From NCBI GenBank assembly GCA_038087875.1, contig CM075996.1, positions 3,226,001-3,290,000 of the forward strand: a stretch of DNA of 64,000 nucleotides. The letters are read 5' to 3'. Position 1 is the stretch's first letter. The number at the start of each line of letters is the position of its first letter. Under the pieces are notes generated by a model. The model made no database searches, was not told the origin of the DNA, and saw nothing but the letters and a program-made list of their open reading frames with translations. Shown here one piece after another: positions 25,973 through 38,431 of this stretch. Origin of the DNA: Malacoraja senta. Lineage: Eukaryota. Both the position numbers and the translations under genes were made by a program.

Positions 25973-28109
25973 GTTTGTATATCCACTCCATCTCCTGTCG
26001 AAGATAGACACAAAGTGCTGGAGTAACTCAGCGGGCAGGCAGCATCTTTGGAGAGAAGGAATTGGTGATTTTTCAGGTCGAAACAGCACCCGTTCCTTCT
26101 CTTCAGAGATGCTGCCTGAACCGCTGAGTTACTCCGGCATTTTCTGTCCATCTTCGGTGTAAACCAGCATCTGCGGTTCCTCCCTACACATCTCTCTCAA
26201 CTCTGCTGGAAGGTTAAGGTCCCACACAGAAAAATAGATCTCGAATTGGTTACTGAACTGTTGGAAATACGTTAGGATTGGAGTCTTAATGTGAGGATCA
26301 TGACATTCCCCACTGAATATCATGGTTGTGGTTCCAACATTCCACCAGACACTTGAACACATCATGAATGGACATTGAACTGGTTGTCTTTCCATTTGAG
26401 GTTAAATCCTAATCCCTTCTTGTGTACTCTTTACCAGGGGCATGTAATCCTTTAGATCTGGTAGGTACATGCATAGGAAAGGGTCAGAGGGATATAGGCA
26501 GGTGGGACTAGTGTAGATGGCGCACCTTAGTCGTTATGGGCACGTTGGGCTGAAGGGCATGTGTCTGCTCTGTATGACTCGATATTGACATGGAGCAGAG
26601 AAGTTCTTCCTGTGTTATGGTCCATACTTTTCCCCAAACCCAAGTCCTTCATATGATTTATTTGACCCTTGTCACGCTGCTGTTTTGTGAGAACTTGCTG
26701 ATCGCATGTGCCTCCCGTTTTAACATGGACGAATGGTACTTGTCCCCTGCCAAAGTATCGTGCACCAACCACCAACCTGGACACACTGCAGCAGAGCCAC
26801 TGTCGTGCCGCTGCCGATCGGAACGCCTGTTGATGTTTAGTAGAGTAGTGTTAATTTGTTCATGATATATGTATTTTTGCTTCTATTTATTTTTTACTGC
26901 ACACTGGAATGGACACTGGTTGAGGAACGTTTTTTTGTTTCCTCTGGGTATGCGAATACTCAGGAAATGACAATAAAGATATACAATACAATACTTTGTT
27001 ATCCCATCTGACATGTCGACCATACACAAAGTATGCGAAGAGTCGCAACTTCTAGGTCACAGACAAAGTTACAAAGTGTTCAATGTAGTCCCAATGGTAT
27101 GCCTTGGTTCTCGGCGTTCCTCGCCCCGCCAGGTCCCTCTTCGTTCTGGACAGCATTGCAACAATGACTGCACTTCAAACATGCCATTTTCCATAGTTGT
27201 CTCCTCAGGGCTCAAGCAGTATCGTTGTGATCTGGCTCCACACTTATCCATGTTCAGTGCACAATTGTAATGGGTTTCTCAATTGTACTTTGGTTTTGCA
27301 CCCCTCTAGTTAGCTTGTTGTCTGATCCTGCCTGTGCTGTACAATGCCTTTGGCAATTTCCCTAGATAAAGAAGATAAACAAGTTCATGCATATACTGGT
27401 ACGCTTACCAGTATGTTGCCTCCATATTCAAGGCAGTTCTGAGCGGCTAAAATCTTTCATACTGATGCAGTTCTGTGTGTTAGTGGAGCAACAAGACCAT
27501 GACTTAGGACACAAAGTGATGGAGTAACTCAGAGGATTAGGCAGCATCCCTGGAGAACATGGATAGGTGACATTTTGGGCCGGGACCCTTCTGTTCTCCA
27601 GAGAAGCTGCCTCACCCGCTGAGTTACTCCATCACTTTGTGTCCTATTTTGTAAACCAGTATCTGCAGTTCCTTGTTTCTACATTAAGACTGACTTAGTT
27701 ACATTCTTGTCAATCTTCTCTCTAATACCCAAGGTGAAATAGTGAGGATTGGGACTCATTCAAATTATTTTTCCTGTTGTAAATGGTCTTTGCTTCTGCC
27801 GCGCTAACTTCTAACGGTGTTAGAAAAGTATCCGACACACCTGGGACAATTTGCAATTTTTCCCAGCCAATTACCCTGGAAACCTGTACGTCTTTGGAGT
27901 GTGGGAGATAACCAGAGCACCCGGAAAACCCCCACGCAGGGGAGAACATACAAACTCCGTATAGACAGCACCCGTAGTCGGGATCGAACCCAGGTCTTGG
28001 CGCTGTAAGACAGCAACTCTACCGCTGCGCCATTGTGAAATAGTGGAAGGTGTTTATGTGACCAAGATCGCTGTGTGATTATAATGCTTGGCACCTTGCT
28101 TATTCATAG

Positions 28110-28241
28110 GTTGAGACGTACAGTCGAGGCAGAAAGGCAAAGGATCGTCCAAAGTTAAAGAAAGTGAAGAAGGAAGAAACGAGTATATTCTCAGAGCGCG
28201 ATTTTAAGAAGTTTGAAAGGGAATATTTTGGAGCATCCTAA
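28110..28241 (+). CDS. RPS19BP1: RPS19BP1 exon 4 (terminal)
   Basis: Acceptor TTATTCATAG|. Encodes VETYSRGRKAKDRPKLKKVKKEETSIFSERDFKKFEREYFGAS*, matching the AROS C-terminus RGRKACDRP...VFTEEDFQKFQQEYFGS. Confidence 0.92.
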   Translation, partial: VETYSRGRKAKDRPKLKKVKKEETSIFSERDFKKFEREYFGAS

Positions 28242-29574
28242 ACTTGGCAGCAGGTTTGTTTGGACTGCGATATTATGCAGGGACTGATGGACAGAGCCAA
28301 AGAAAAATCCTGCAGCTGCTGAATATCTGAACGAAAATGCTGGAAACACTCAGCAATTCAGGCAGCATTTGTGAAGAGAATCAGATTCAACAGACTGGTT
28401 ATCCTTCATGAACGTTAAATGTTAATGCAGTTTCTCTGCATGATGTTGCTTGACCCATGTATTTCCCACTTTGTGTGTCACTGATGGTTGAAATATGTTA
28501 AAAAATATTTTGTATGTGTGTCGTGCCCAGAATGAAAGTATAACTCCTGAAGTCAAGGTCTGGTTGCATCTTCTGTCATTGTTCAGTAACTGCTGTACGG
28601 ACACTGGATTAATAGTTGCATCAAAAACAACACAAAGAGCTGCCTGACCTGCTAGAGTAACTCAGCAGGTCAGGCAGCATCTCTGGAGGACATGGATAGA
28701 CGACATTTCAGATGGGTGCCTTTCATAATATGAGGACTTGACTTGATCGCATAACATGAGGGACCTGAGATATGAAACTGAGTCTTGGAGAGTTGTACTG
28801 TAGATCCCAGGGGAAGTGTAGACTGCAGAAAGTTATAAAACTTGGGAGCTTGTAGATCACAGAAGATCTCAAAGGCTGACACAAAATGGTGGAGTAATTC
28901 AGCAAGAAAAGGATCTCCAATGGGTTGTAGATCTCACAGGATTATATATCTTGGAGGGTTACACGTCTCTACGAGATTTGGAGGAAGTTAGAGAGCAACG
29001 GAAGGCTGTGAGCCTATGGAGGGATTTGAAAACAAGGATGATAATTTAAAATCAAGTCATTACTCAATCAGGAACGAATGCAGTAAATATGACAGGCACA
29101 ATACAAAGTGCTGGAGTAACTCAGCAGGTCAGACGTCATTGTGGGGGGAATGGTTAGGTGACGTTTCAGGTTGGGTCAGTCATTTGCACGAATGTCTTGT
29201 TTTCTTGCATTGTCTTTCTTTCTAAGGTCTTGCAGAATTTTATATATAAACTAGACCAAGTGCAGACCCGTTGGGTCTGTTTCCCCAACGCGCGTTTGCA
29301 GGGGGGGTTGCTGCGGCTTCACACGCACACTAACCACCCCCCACACACACGAGGGGAGGTGGAGGAGACAGGGAGAGGGCGAAGGAGAGGAGGAGGAGAT
29401 GAGGAGAGATTGGGGATGGGCAGGAGAGGGTAAAAGGGAGAGAGAGAGAGGAATGGGGAGGCGTGCAAATGACTGACCCAACCCGAAACGTCACCTAACC
29501 ATTCCCTCCACAATGACGCTCCAGCGATACATCAATCAAGAACAGCATTGATCTGGATCACAAAATGCTGGAGT

Positions 29575-29698
29575 AACTCAGCGGGTGAAGCAGCATCTCT
29601 GGAGAGGTGGAATGGGCGACTGAAGTCTGAAGAAGGGTCTCGACCCGAAACGTCGCCCATTCCTTCTCCCCGGAGGTGCTGCCTCCCCCGCTGAGTTT
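29575..29698 (+). mobile_element. PLE-derived hairpin with an intact hammerhead-like core at its centre
   Basis: ~45-nt inverted arms flank CTGAAGA-A-GGGTC-TC-GACCC-GAAA-CG-TC (29627-29654). Confidence 0.7.
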
Positions 29699-32600
29699 TA
29701 AACCTTCGATTTAAACGAGCATTTCTTATGCAGTTCTTTCATACACATTGATCTGGTACACTGGGCTGAGCTGCAATGATATCTGGCACCCCTCCCTGCA
29801 TCTCGAAAATGTTGTGCGGTATTTAACCCCTTAAGGTTGTTCCAAACAGCACTCCTGAACAGTGCAGTGAAGTTATCCAACGTGTTTTTGGAAGCTCCCA
29901 GGTAGAAGCTCCTCAGTAAAACTTGCTGCCAAGCTGGGACACTCTTGGTCTATCTGCTCAACGGTTGAATGATTCTTTGTTATCACATATGCACAACACA
30001 GTGAAATTCTTTTTGCCGTCGTTTACAAAGATATAAGTCAATTTGTCCAAAAAGTCCGGTCCATGATAACAGAACAGAATCTGAACCATGGACAAGTTGT
30101 CAGTGGCCAGGCCAGGCAAGGAAGTTACTCACCCAAACTTATGAAGGGCCCCGACTTACAATGGACTCACCTATCCATGTCCTCCACAGATGTTCCATGA
30201 CCCGCTGAGTTACTCCAGCACCTTGTGTCACCTCCAAGTGTAGCCAGGATGGGTTATTGAACACTTGCCACCCAGAGAAATCACATCCTTGGAAGGATTA
30301 AAAAATACTTTATAAAGAAAAAGACTCAGTGGTCCCTGGAGAACATGGATTGGTAACCAGTATCTGCAGTTCGTTGTTATTACACGTAACAAAATACATC
30401 CTGGAATCCCAACTGAAATATTTGTCTGAAAATTGAAACCATTTAAGAGTTTGCTTTTGGTATTTAATTCCACATTACTGAATTTTTTTAATTCCTTGTT
30501 CCTCTTGTATCAAAAATAAACATTTACTAAGGGAAGTTCATTGACACTTCCTCATTTCATAAAATCCATTTTAAATGTTTCCTTGGCGGCAGAGAGGTTT
30601 AGCGATAGAATTGCTTCCTTCCAGCACCGGAGACCCAAGTTCGATCCGGACTACTGGTGCTGTCTGTACAGAGTTTGTACATTTTCCCTGGGTGGGTTTT
30701 CTCCGGTTTCCTTCCACATTGAAAAGACACTCAGGCTTCTGAAAAATGTCCATAGTGTGTAGGGTAGAACTCGTGTACGGGTGATCGCTGGTCGGCGTGG
30801 ACTCGGTGGGCCGAAGGGGTGAGAGGGACCAAATGATGCCAGCACAGCAACCTGGCTCTCAATGTCAGCCAGACCAATTAACTGATTGTGGACTTTGGAA
30901 GAGGAAAGATGAGGTCCCACAATCCTGTTTATATCAATGGGATGATGGTGGAGTCAAAAACTTCAGATTCTTGGAAGTGCATAGTTCTGAAGATCTTTCC
31001 GGGACCCAGCACAAAAAGGCATCCAGCATAATCAGACACCACCACCCTGGCCACACACTCATTTCTATTTAATTGTTCCAGTTCACATCCGGTGCATATA
31101 ACAATTAAACACTCTTCACTATTTGACTGTCTCATGAACGAACCTTAGAAGGTTTTACTGTGAATGCAGCTTGTTCTCAATCAGGAGACTTGAGTCACAG
31201 ATGCAGCTGTTACACCCTTTGCCTCCCTGCCCCCACACGGAAGACATGCTTATACAAACCCTACCACAACTTCTCCCTGACTGCTGCAGGGCTAATGACT
31301 GTTTCCGCAATCATGGTTGGAACAGGAATGTAGGGGCATCTCCCTAAAACAGTAAGCTGATATTTAACTTTAATGAGAGGTTGTGAAATGGATTAAGGGA
31401 GAACACACCCTCAGCCTTCCGATAAATTACTGGGTCCCTTAGCCCCATCTGACAGGTTAATAAGCACCTCAGTTGAACATTGCGACTTCTACAATGCTCC
31501 TGCTGTCTCTGCCCTTTTGAATTAAACTCTCTGCAGTCTTTCAACCTATAACTAACGCCCTCAGGGAACCATTACCAACTTGCTTGCTGCTCCCCTGCAA
31601 TGTATTTGCTTTCATCTCAACAATCAGTCGCTCTGATAGGGGCATTAATTAGGTGTAAGGAGTCCCTAATGTCAAGGCTCTAGTGCCGAAGGGTTTGAGA
31701 AGTAGGTTTGAGCAGGATAGTAGCTCAGCTGCCTCACAGCAGCTGCTTGGATCACAGCAGTCATTACCCAACTGCCTCAAATTACAGTGGAATTTGCGGT
31801 CTCTTGAAAATACATAGAACTTCGTTGAAATATCTGTGGCGTGCTGAGCAACGGCAGTTTCTGATATGAGAACGAGTTCTGCAGCTGCAAATGGAGAACT
31901 GTATGGAATGTGCACCCATTAGACTAACTATTCCTGTTTTTTTTACATTTCCACACACCTCATGTTCTGGATTGCTCAACCACTCCCTACAACAATAACT
32001 ACTGTTGTTGCAGCCCAAGCAACAACAGTAGTAACCTTGAAGGCATAGGTAGACAAAAATGCTGGAGAAACTCAGCGGGTGAGGCAGCATCTATGGAGCG
32101 AAGGAAATAGGAGACATTTCGGGTCGAGACCCTTCTTCAGACTGGAGGCGCAGGCAAGTCGCGAGAAAACAAATGTGGCTGTGGTAACGGGTCTGGCTTA
32201 AGATGTGGTCGTAGAGTTGGAGGGAAGGGGGAATCACAGAGGGGGGGGGCAGTGAGAGAGGAGTCTTCGGAGAGAGAACTTCTCCAAAGTAGACATACCT
32301 TGTGGAGATTTTGCCGTGGAGTAGACAAAATGTTTAAGAAGGAACTGCAGATGCTGGAAAATCGAACGTAGACAAAAATGCTGGAGAAACTCAGCAGGTG
32401 AGGCAGCATCTATGGAGCGAAGGAAATAGACATTTCGAGTCGAGGCCCTTCTTCGGACTTAGGTATTCTTTTATGCCGCAAGTGTTTCCAAACAGAAGAG
32501 TGATGCTGTGCTTTGTTTGGTCAGGGGCTTCCTGAGGCTCAGTTGTTGCTCATTTATACACTTTATACAGGGAGATCCCTAAATCAATGCAATATTGTGA

Positions 32601-34880
32601 GTCTGATAGATTATCTATGCCGTTAGGGTGGTGGATGTATGGAACAAGCTGCCAGAGGGAAGTAGTTGAGGCTGGCACTATCCCATCGTTTAAGAAACAG
32701 ACCGGTACATGGATAGGACAGGTTTGGAGGGATATGGACCAAACACAGGCAAGTGGGACTAGTGTAGCTGGGACATTGTTGGACGGTGTGGGCAAATTGG
32801 GCCGAAGGGCCTACTTTCACACTGTATCACTCTATGACTCTGTTAGGGGGATGAACATTTGCCATTACACTAAAGACAGCAGCTGCTCTAGAAAATAGCG
32901 CTCTGGATTGTAAGGGATACTCCTCTAGAGTGGGGCTTGGACTCAGTCAGAAAATGGAAGCAACAAACGCAGCCTTCGCCAATTAATAATTCCATTCTTT
33001 TCTTCTTCCATACTAAATGAACTGTATATTTTTCATGATACTTAGTTGGCCAACTTTTTTTTCCACACCGATCACTCAAAACAGGCTGTGATCCATAGAT
33101 CCTGTATTCCTAAATGGATCAAAATCTTTTCTATAAACACACAGCTTGTATGAAAAATGACAGCAATGACTATAATGTACCAATTGTTTGTAAAACATCT
33201 TTGTATGAATTGCATTCACACATTTTTTTGTTCTCTACAAAGTGAAGTACTTAAATTTCTATTTTAATAAACTTCAACAGTAGTTCATGTCAGAGTTGAA
33301 TTATCAGGGCAGTCAGCGGCGTCAACTACAGTCCGGGGACATTTCATTTTTCCACTTTTCTGCCGGATTACTTGAGGAATTAATTATTGAACCTGAAGTA
33401 ACAGAATAGTGTCATGGGATCCCTCCTATCTACCTCAGAGAACACACAGGCCTAGATTCAACATCTCAGTTCTGTCCTAGAATGTGCAATATTTTCTGGA
33501 ATTAAATGCAAACCTCCTAAATATCATTTAGGAACAAGAGGGGTCCTCCCTAGGCACAGCTGCCATTAGAATGAGAGAGCAAAGCAGGTTCTTCCCTCTC
33601 TGGGGATCATCTGATGCGAGTTGTTGAGCAGAGGAAGAGCACCTTTGAACATCTGTGGGAAGCTCTTTGGTGGTCTGAATGTTTCTTTAACCACTCCTCC
33701 AGCTGGAAGCGCATTCATTCAGTCAGTCGTGGTCTCATTCTGGACGAGGCAAATGGTTTGAATGTACGCATGAGATCACAGGTGAAAAGTTAGGAGTAAT
33801 GAGAATGACTTCACACTACCTTCTGTACTACAATCCTTTGTACACCATTGGTGGCTATGCCTTCAATTCTTGGGTTAACTCATTAGAATTTGGCTTTCTA
33901 TTAATATTCGTTAACCACCCACTCAGGACTACTCATGCTCCTCTGCATACCTCAAGACAGTTTTCAGCTTGGTTATTGCAGCATTCCATGCCTCAACAAT
34001 AAAGGCAGGCTAGCTGTTCAACATGGCACTTATAATTGTAATGTGTACCGAGATAGTGAAAATATTTCTACCTTTTCCCCAATTCTCATCAGACTGGAAC
34101 CTTCACTCCAGCCAGCATAGCATTTCACTTTATGGACTAGTCAGACATTCAATGACCTTTGCAGTCTCAAGCTGTGATCTGAATCTTGATATTTTGTTGC
34201 CTGTATCCAAACTAGCTAATTAAACTTCTCTCCAGGTGCTACCTGCCTTGCTGAGCATTTCTAGGACTCTGCTCACATCTAGCTATGGACATGCTACTCC
34301 CACAGCTCCAGCCACCAGGTTAAAATCCAACCAAAAATGCATATTCTTTGTAATTGCATGTTTCACCTGCTTGCTTAAGTTATCAAAAGCTCTGCTGGTT
34401 CGTTAATTTGACTACAATAAAGCTGGAGGGGAATGCAAATAGATTATTACTACATTTTTTTTTAAATTCAGTTAAGTTGCTATCTCAGACATTGAAAGGG
34501 GAATTTGTTCCATTTACCAAACCCATGCCACCTCCTTGAACTAATAGTATTAGTTCAATTTTCCTATCCGCATAGTTTAGATTGAAGTCAATAACAGTTG
34601 ATGTCATGCATTATTTCAACTGATTACTTTCAATTGCCAATGGTAGGAACCACATGAACAAGGGATTGAAATATATCAAATTGCAGCAGGCAGAATTAAT
34701 TTGCCAATATAAAGTGCTCATAAACCAGGGTGGGACAAATGGATTAATGGAAAATACATGCCTGTCACCACCTTAAACCAGAAAACAAACAAATCTGAAA
34801 TATGTAGCAAATGCAGAAATGGAAGGGATAAGTTGGAGTTACTACAAATCAAGACATTGCAAGTGCTTGTTGTTTCACAT

Positions 34881-34886
34881 TTTATT
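34881..34886 (-). terminator. ATF4 polyadenylation signal
   Basis: AATAAA on -, about 60 nt after the stop codon, followed by T/GT-rich sequence. Confidence 0.7.
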
Positions 34887-34948
34887 AAAAAAGTACAATA
34901 TTTAGCCAACACTACATATATGCACAAAACTAAACCATTAATGCCATA

Positions 34949-35772
34949 TTACACGCTTTTTGCACTTTTACCTTTCCGGACCTCTTCTATCAAGCCATTT
35001 AAATATTGGATCTCTTTAGTCAATGAATCGGCTTTTTCTTGCAAGGTCTTATTTTTTTTCTCCAATAAACTACACTCTGAGGAAATAGCACCTTGTTCGT
35101 CCCTCTTCTTCTGTCTATATCGTGTTGCTGCACTCTTGTTCTGCTCCATCTTCTTCAATTTTTTTTCGACGCTCTTCGGCTCCGAACAATTGCTTTTTAC
35201 TTTTGGTGAATTTGCTACAGTTTTCGCACCAGGACGATCATATGGTTTCGACCTTGCAGGGCTATAGTCATTGAGTATGGACTTAGCTTCAGGTGATCTC
35301 TCTGACACACTTCTATCTAAAGATTCAACAGGGGAATGAGGAGAGCTGGAACCAACCCCACTATCAGAATCTAATGTTGGCCCTTCATCTATTTCTGTGC
35401 AGGAATCCTGCAGAATGGTTGATTGAAGCAAAAATAAGTCTGGCTTTTCCTCAAAATCTGAAATAACAATCTTTTCTTCCTCTAAGTGGAATGAGTCATC
35501 AGAGAAGAATATGCAATCTGGAACAACCGCAGGGGCCAGCTTATCTACCCCTCCAGGTGAATTTGGGACAGACTCAAGATCAAGACTTAGGTCAAGATCA
35601 GCTACCTGTTTAGTTGGCAACGGATCAAAAGGCAGCTCTCCCAGAAGTCCACAAGAACTGCCCAAGACAGCCAGCAGATCTTCTGAAGAGGTGCTGCCAT
35701 TTTCATCTTCGTTCAGTGTGTCAAAGAGATTCACCTTCTGTGCCATCCAGTCCAAGCCGGTGAATGCATCCT
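34949..35772 (-). CDS. ATF4: Activating transcription factor 4, last coding exon
   Basis: Acceptor CCCTTTTTCTTCCAG|AG. Contains EDAFTGLDWM, the degron-like DSGVGSS, RSKPYDRP and the bZIP KKLKKMEQNKSAATRYRQKKR...KEIQYL..LIEEV. Confidence 0.96.
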
Positions 35773-36045
35773 CTGGAAGAAAAAGGGGGAAAATTGCCCC
35801 GTCAAATGGATGAAATAGCTTCAAATACACTACATTGTCAGTCAATTGGGTTCAGCTCAAGTATCTAGAATTATCATTTTTGCATGTAAATGCCTGATAC
35901 TTGGTACCATACAATAGCTCCACATTAACAATTCCCAGTTTTAGTGTTAAATACATTACTAGTTGATACAATTCAATACTGCTGATCAACGGTTGGCCTG
36001 TGAGCCTTCAGCAAATTTCAATCAATGCTACATTTGTTAACTTAC

Positions 36046-36259
36046 CCACATTACAAGCGCCCAAAGGGTCAATACATGGGCACTGGTAGGACAATTCACT
36101 TTCCTCATTGCCACCAAACTGGTGAGGTCTGAGGCAAGGCTTCACCGGCCCGGCCTCCAGATCTGCGTGCAGGAGACACGGGTCCCCGTCAGCCACCAGA
36201 AACGGCAAATCGAGGTGGGACATATAGTCCATCATGGATGAATCTGACCAAACTGACAT
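36046..36259 (-). CDS. ATF4: ATF4 first coding exon (coding part of exon 2; the exon spans 36046-36360)
   Basis: ATG at 36259 and a phase-1 donor GTGG|GTAAGT that joins in frame to the last exon. Total 1038 nt (345 aa). The start codon choice is inferred; further Mets lie a few codons downstream. Confidence 0.88.
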
Positions 36260-37419
36260 CTTTCTGAACTTTGAGATACTCTTCGAGGGAAAACACAGTC
36301 TTCAAGTCGAGTGTTTCTACGCTGTCGACTACAGCAAAGCTGAGAAGCCCATTGTGGAACCTGAGAAGAACAAACAAGATGGCTTAATGCATCCAAGCTT
36401 ATCACTGTAGCATTCAGAAAAAAGTTAAATTTACCAATGTTGATTTCACAAAACCCACCGATTTTGGTGCCCGCCAATGATATTTAAGTTGGGCACAAAA
36501 TACTGGAGTAACACAGCGGGGACAGGCAGTAGGGTCTCGACCGGAAAGGTCACCCATTCCTTCTGTCCAGCAGTGGGTAAATTGTCATAATTTCCGTGTC
36601 GGTTGCCAGCAGCACCGAAAACAGTCGTTTCATTGCAATTGCCCATTGTCCACGACTCCCGGACCCTTGCCTCACCCGAAGTGAACTGGAGACCAACACA
36701 AGGGGAAGGAAAGAGGAAGAGGACGGCCGGAGCCAGGGGGACATTCCACGGTTCTAGTTGTCGGGAGGGAAGTGTAGAGAGGACATGCCCCGCCCGGTGA
36801 GAGGGAGGGACCGCCCCCATTAGCCGCTGCCACGTTTCACTCGGCCGGCGCCGCCATCTTAACCTCGCCGTCTCCTTCAGCTCCGACTCTCAAGGAGATG
36901 AATCTGCTGATCAAACCCGGCAATCGACCCCCCTCTCCCCGAACGTAAACCCACTCCACCATGTCATACAATTAAGAAGGGTCTCGACCCGAAATGTCAC
37001 CCATTCCTTCTCTCCAGGGATGCTGCCTGTCCTAACATGTTGTGTTTATCTTCGGTGTAAACCAACATCTGCAGATCCTTCCCACTCCCCATCCAACCCC
37101 TACACTCCAGAGCCCGGGGAGGCGATCAAATCGGCGCCATTTGTTCCTCACGGACCACTTCACGCTCCTTTTTATCTTTCGACATCGCTGTATTTCACCC
37201 TCGCACGGCGGCTCAGATAGATTAATTTATTAAACTATTATAAAATGTTCTGTTGTATTCGGCGTCGTTTAAAGTTGAAGCGGGTCCCGTCCCGTCCCGC
37301 CGTCGGGAAGGGCGGACGCGCCACGACCGCCATGTTGAGTCGCCGCTCGCTCCCGGCGCGGTGGCTTGAGAGATGGGGAAACGGCGAAAAGGGAGTCTTT
37401 AACTTAATACTTACGCCAT
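36189..37419 (-). CDS. ATF4 uORF2 (spliced: 37419-37415 + 36360-36189), 58 aa, overlapping the main ATG out of frame
   Basis: AAAATGGC|GTAAGT...TTCTCAG|GTTCCAC gives MAFHNGLLSFAVVDSVETLDLKTVFSLEEYLKVQKDVSLVRFIHDGLYVPPRFAVSGG*. Confidence 0.88.
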
Positions 37420-37545
37420 TTTGAAAGGATGCACGTTTGCCAAGTGCTGTGTACTGTTGCGTTTGGCCGCTGCTACCGATCTATTGAGCCGCCATGCCGA
37501 GGAGGAGAGGCGGACGTGCTAATCATCAAACTGCCGCTGGAAGAA
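37415..37545 (-). other. ATF4: ATF4 exon 1 (5' leader)
   Basis: Donor at 37415/37414. The start is inferred about 25-30 nt downstream of the TATA box. Confidence 0.8.
37481..37495 (-). CDS. ATF4 uORF1 (MAAQ*)
   Basis: GGC ATG GCG GCT CAA TAG in good Kozak context, ending 61 nt before the uORF2 ATG. Confidence 0.85.
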   Translation of the reverse strand: MAAQ

Positions 37546-37559
37546 TACAAAGAACGCTC

Positions 37560-37960
37560 CGCGCGTCTCCTTATATAGACGCGACCGCGTCACACCCCGC
37601 CGCGTCCCTCCGCGCACGTCATCACAATATAGTCCCACCTCCAAACTCGCCCTAGACCGCGCCTCTCTACTTTAATCTCAGATTTTCTATCGTGTCCACA
37701 ACGGTTGGAGGTGCTTTGTTTTTTTTTTATCCCGTGTGGGGGATGGGGGTGTGGAGGGAAATTTGTCGCTTTTGTGCGGCGGGAAAGGCGGTTGGTCCAA
37801 TCTGGGATCACGCGATCGGCGGTTTGGTAGGCGTAGGGGGATTGGTCAGTTGGGAGGTGTTCACGTGATAGGGGGAAGGTGGTTGGTTGGCCGGCGGGCG
37901 GGAGCCGGCAGCAGAGGGCGGGAGCCTTTGGGCGGGACGGCAGGAGGCGGCGGCTCCGCG
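37560..37960 (-). promoter_or_regulatory. ATF4 CpG-island promoter
   Basis: TATATAA at 37571-37577 (-); CRE/UPRE-like ATGACGTG at ~37615-37622; CCAAT boxes at ~37797 and ~37841; palindromic TCACGTGA at 37861-37868. Confidence 0.8.
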
Positions 37961-38431
37961 GGATACCTCACAACCCAACCCAACCCAACCCAACCAGCGG
38001 TATGTATGAACGAACCATCTATGGTATGAACATTGGAGGCAGACACAAAACGCTGGAGTAACTCAGAGCATGGACACAAGAGTCAAGAGTGTTTTATTGT
38101 CTTATGTCCCGGACGGGGCAATGACATTCTTACTTGCTGCAACACAACAGAATATGTGAATATGTAAACATTGCACATAACAGGGGGAAAAAAAAAGATA
38201 AAGTTCAATAAATAACAAATATAGCGCAAATAACAAATATAGCGCAAATAACAAATAATAATATCGTCTTTTGCAATTCAGAACTCAGAGACAAAAGGTG
38301 CAGGAGTAGGCCATTCGGCCCTTCGAGCCAGCACCGCCGTTCACTGTGATCATGGCTGATCCACAATCAGTACCCTTTTCCTGCCTCCTCCCTATATCCC
38401 TTCATTCCTCTAGCCCAGGGGCCTTCAATCT

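Noticed and set aside
35773..35845. N-terminal extension of the 298-aa ATF4 ORF in the track
   Set aside because: Intronic read-through; the true exon starts at the acceptor at 35772.
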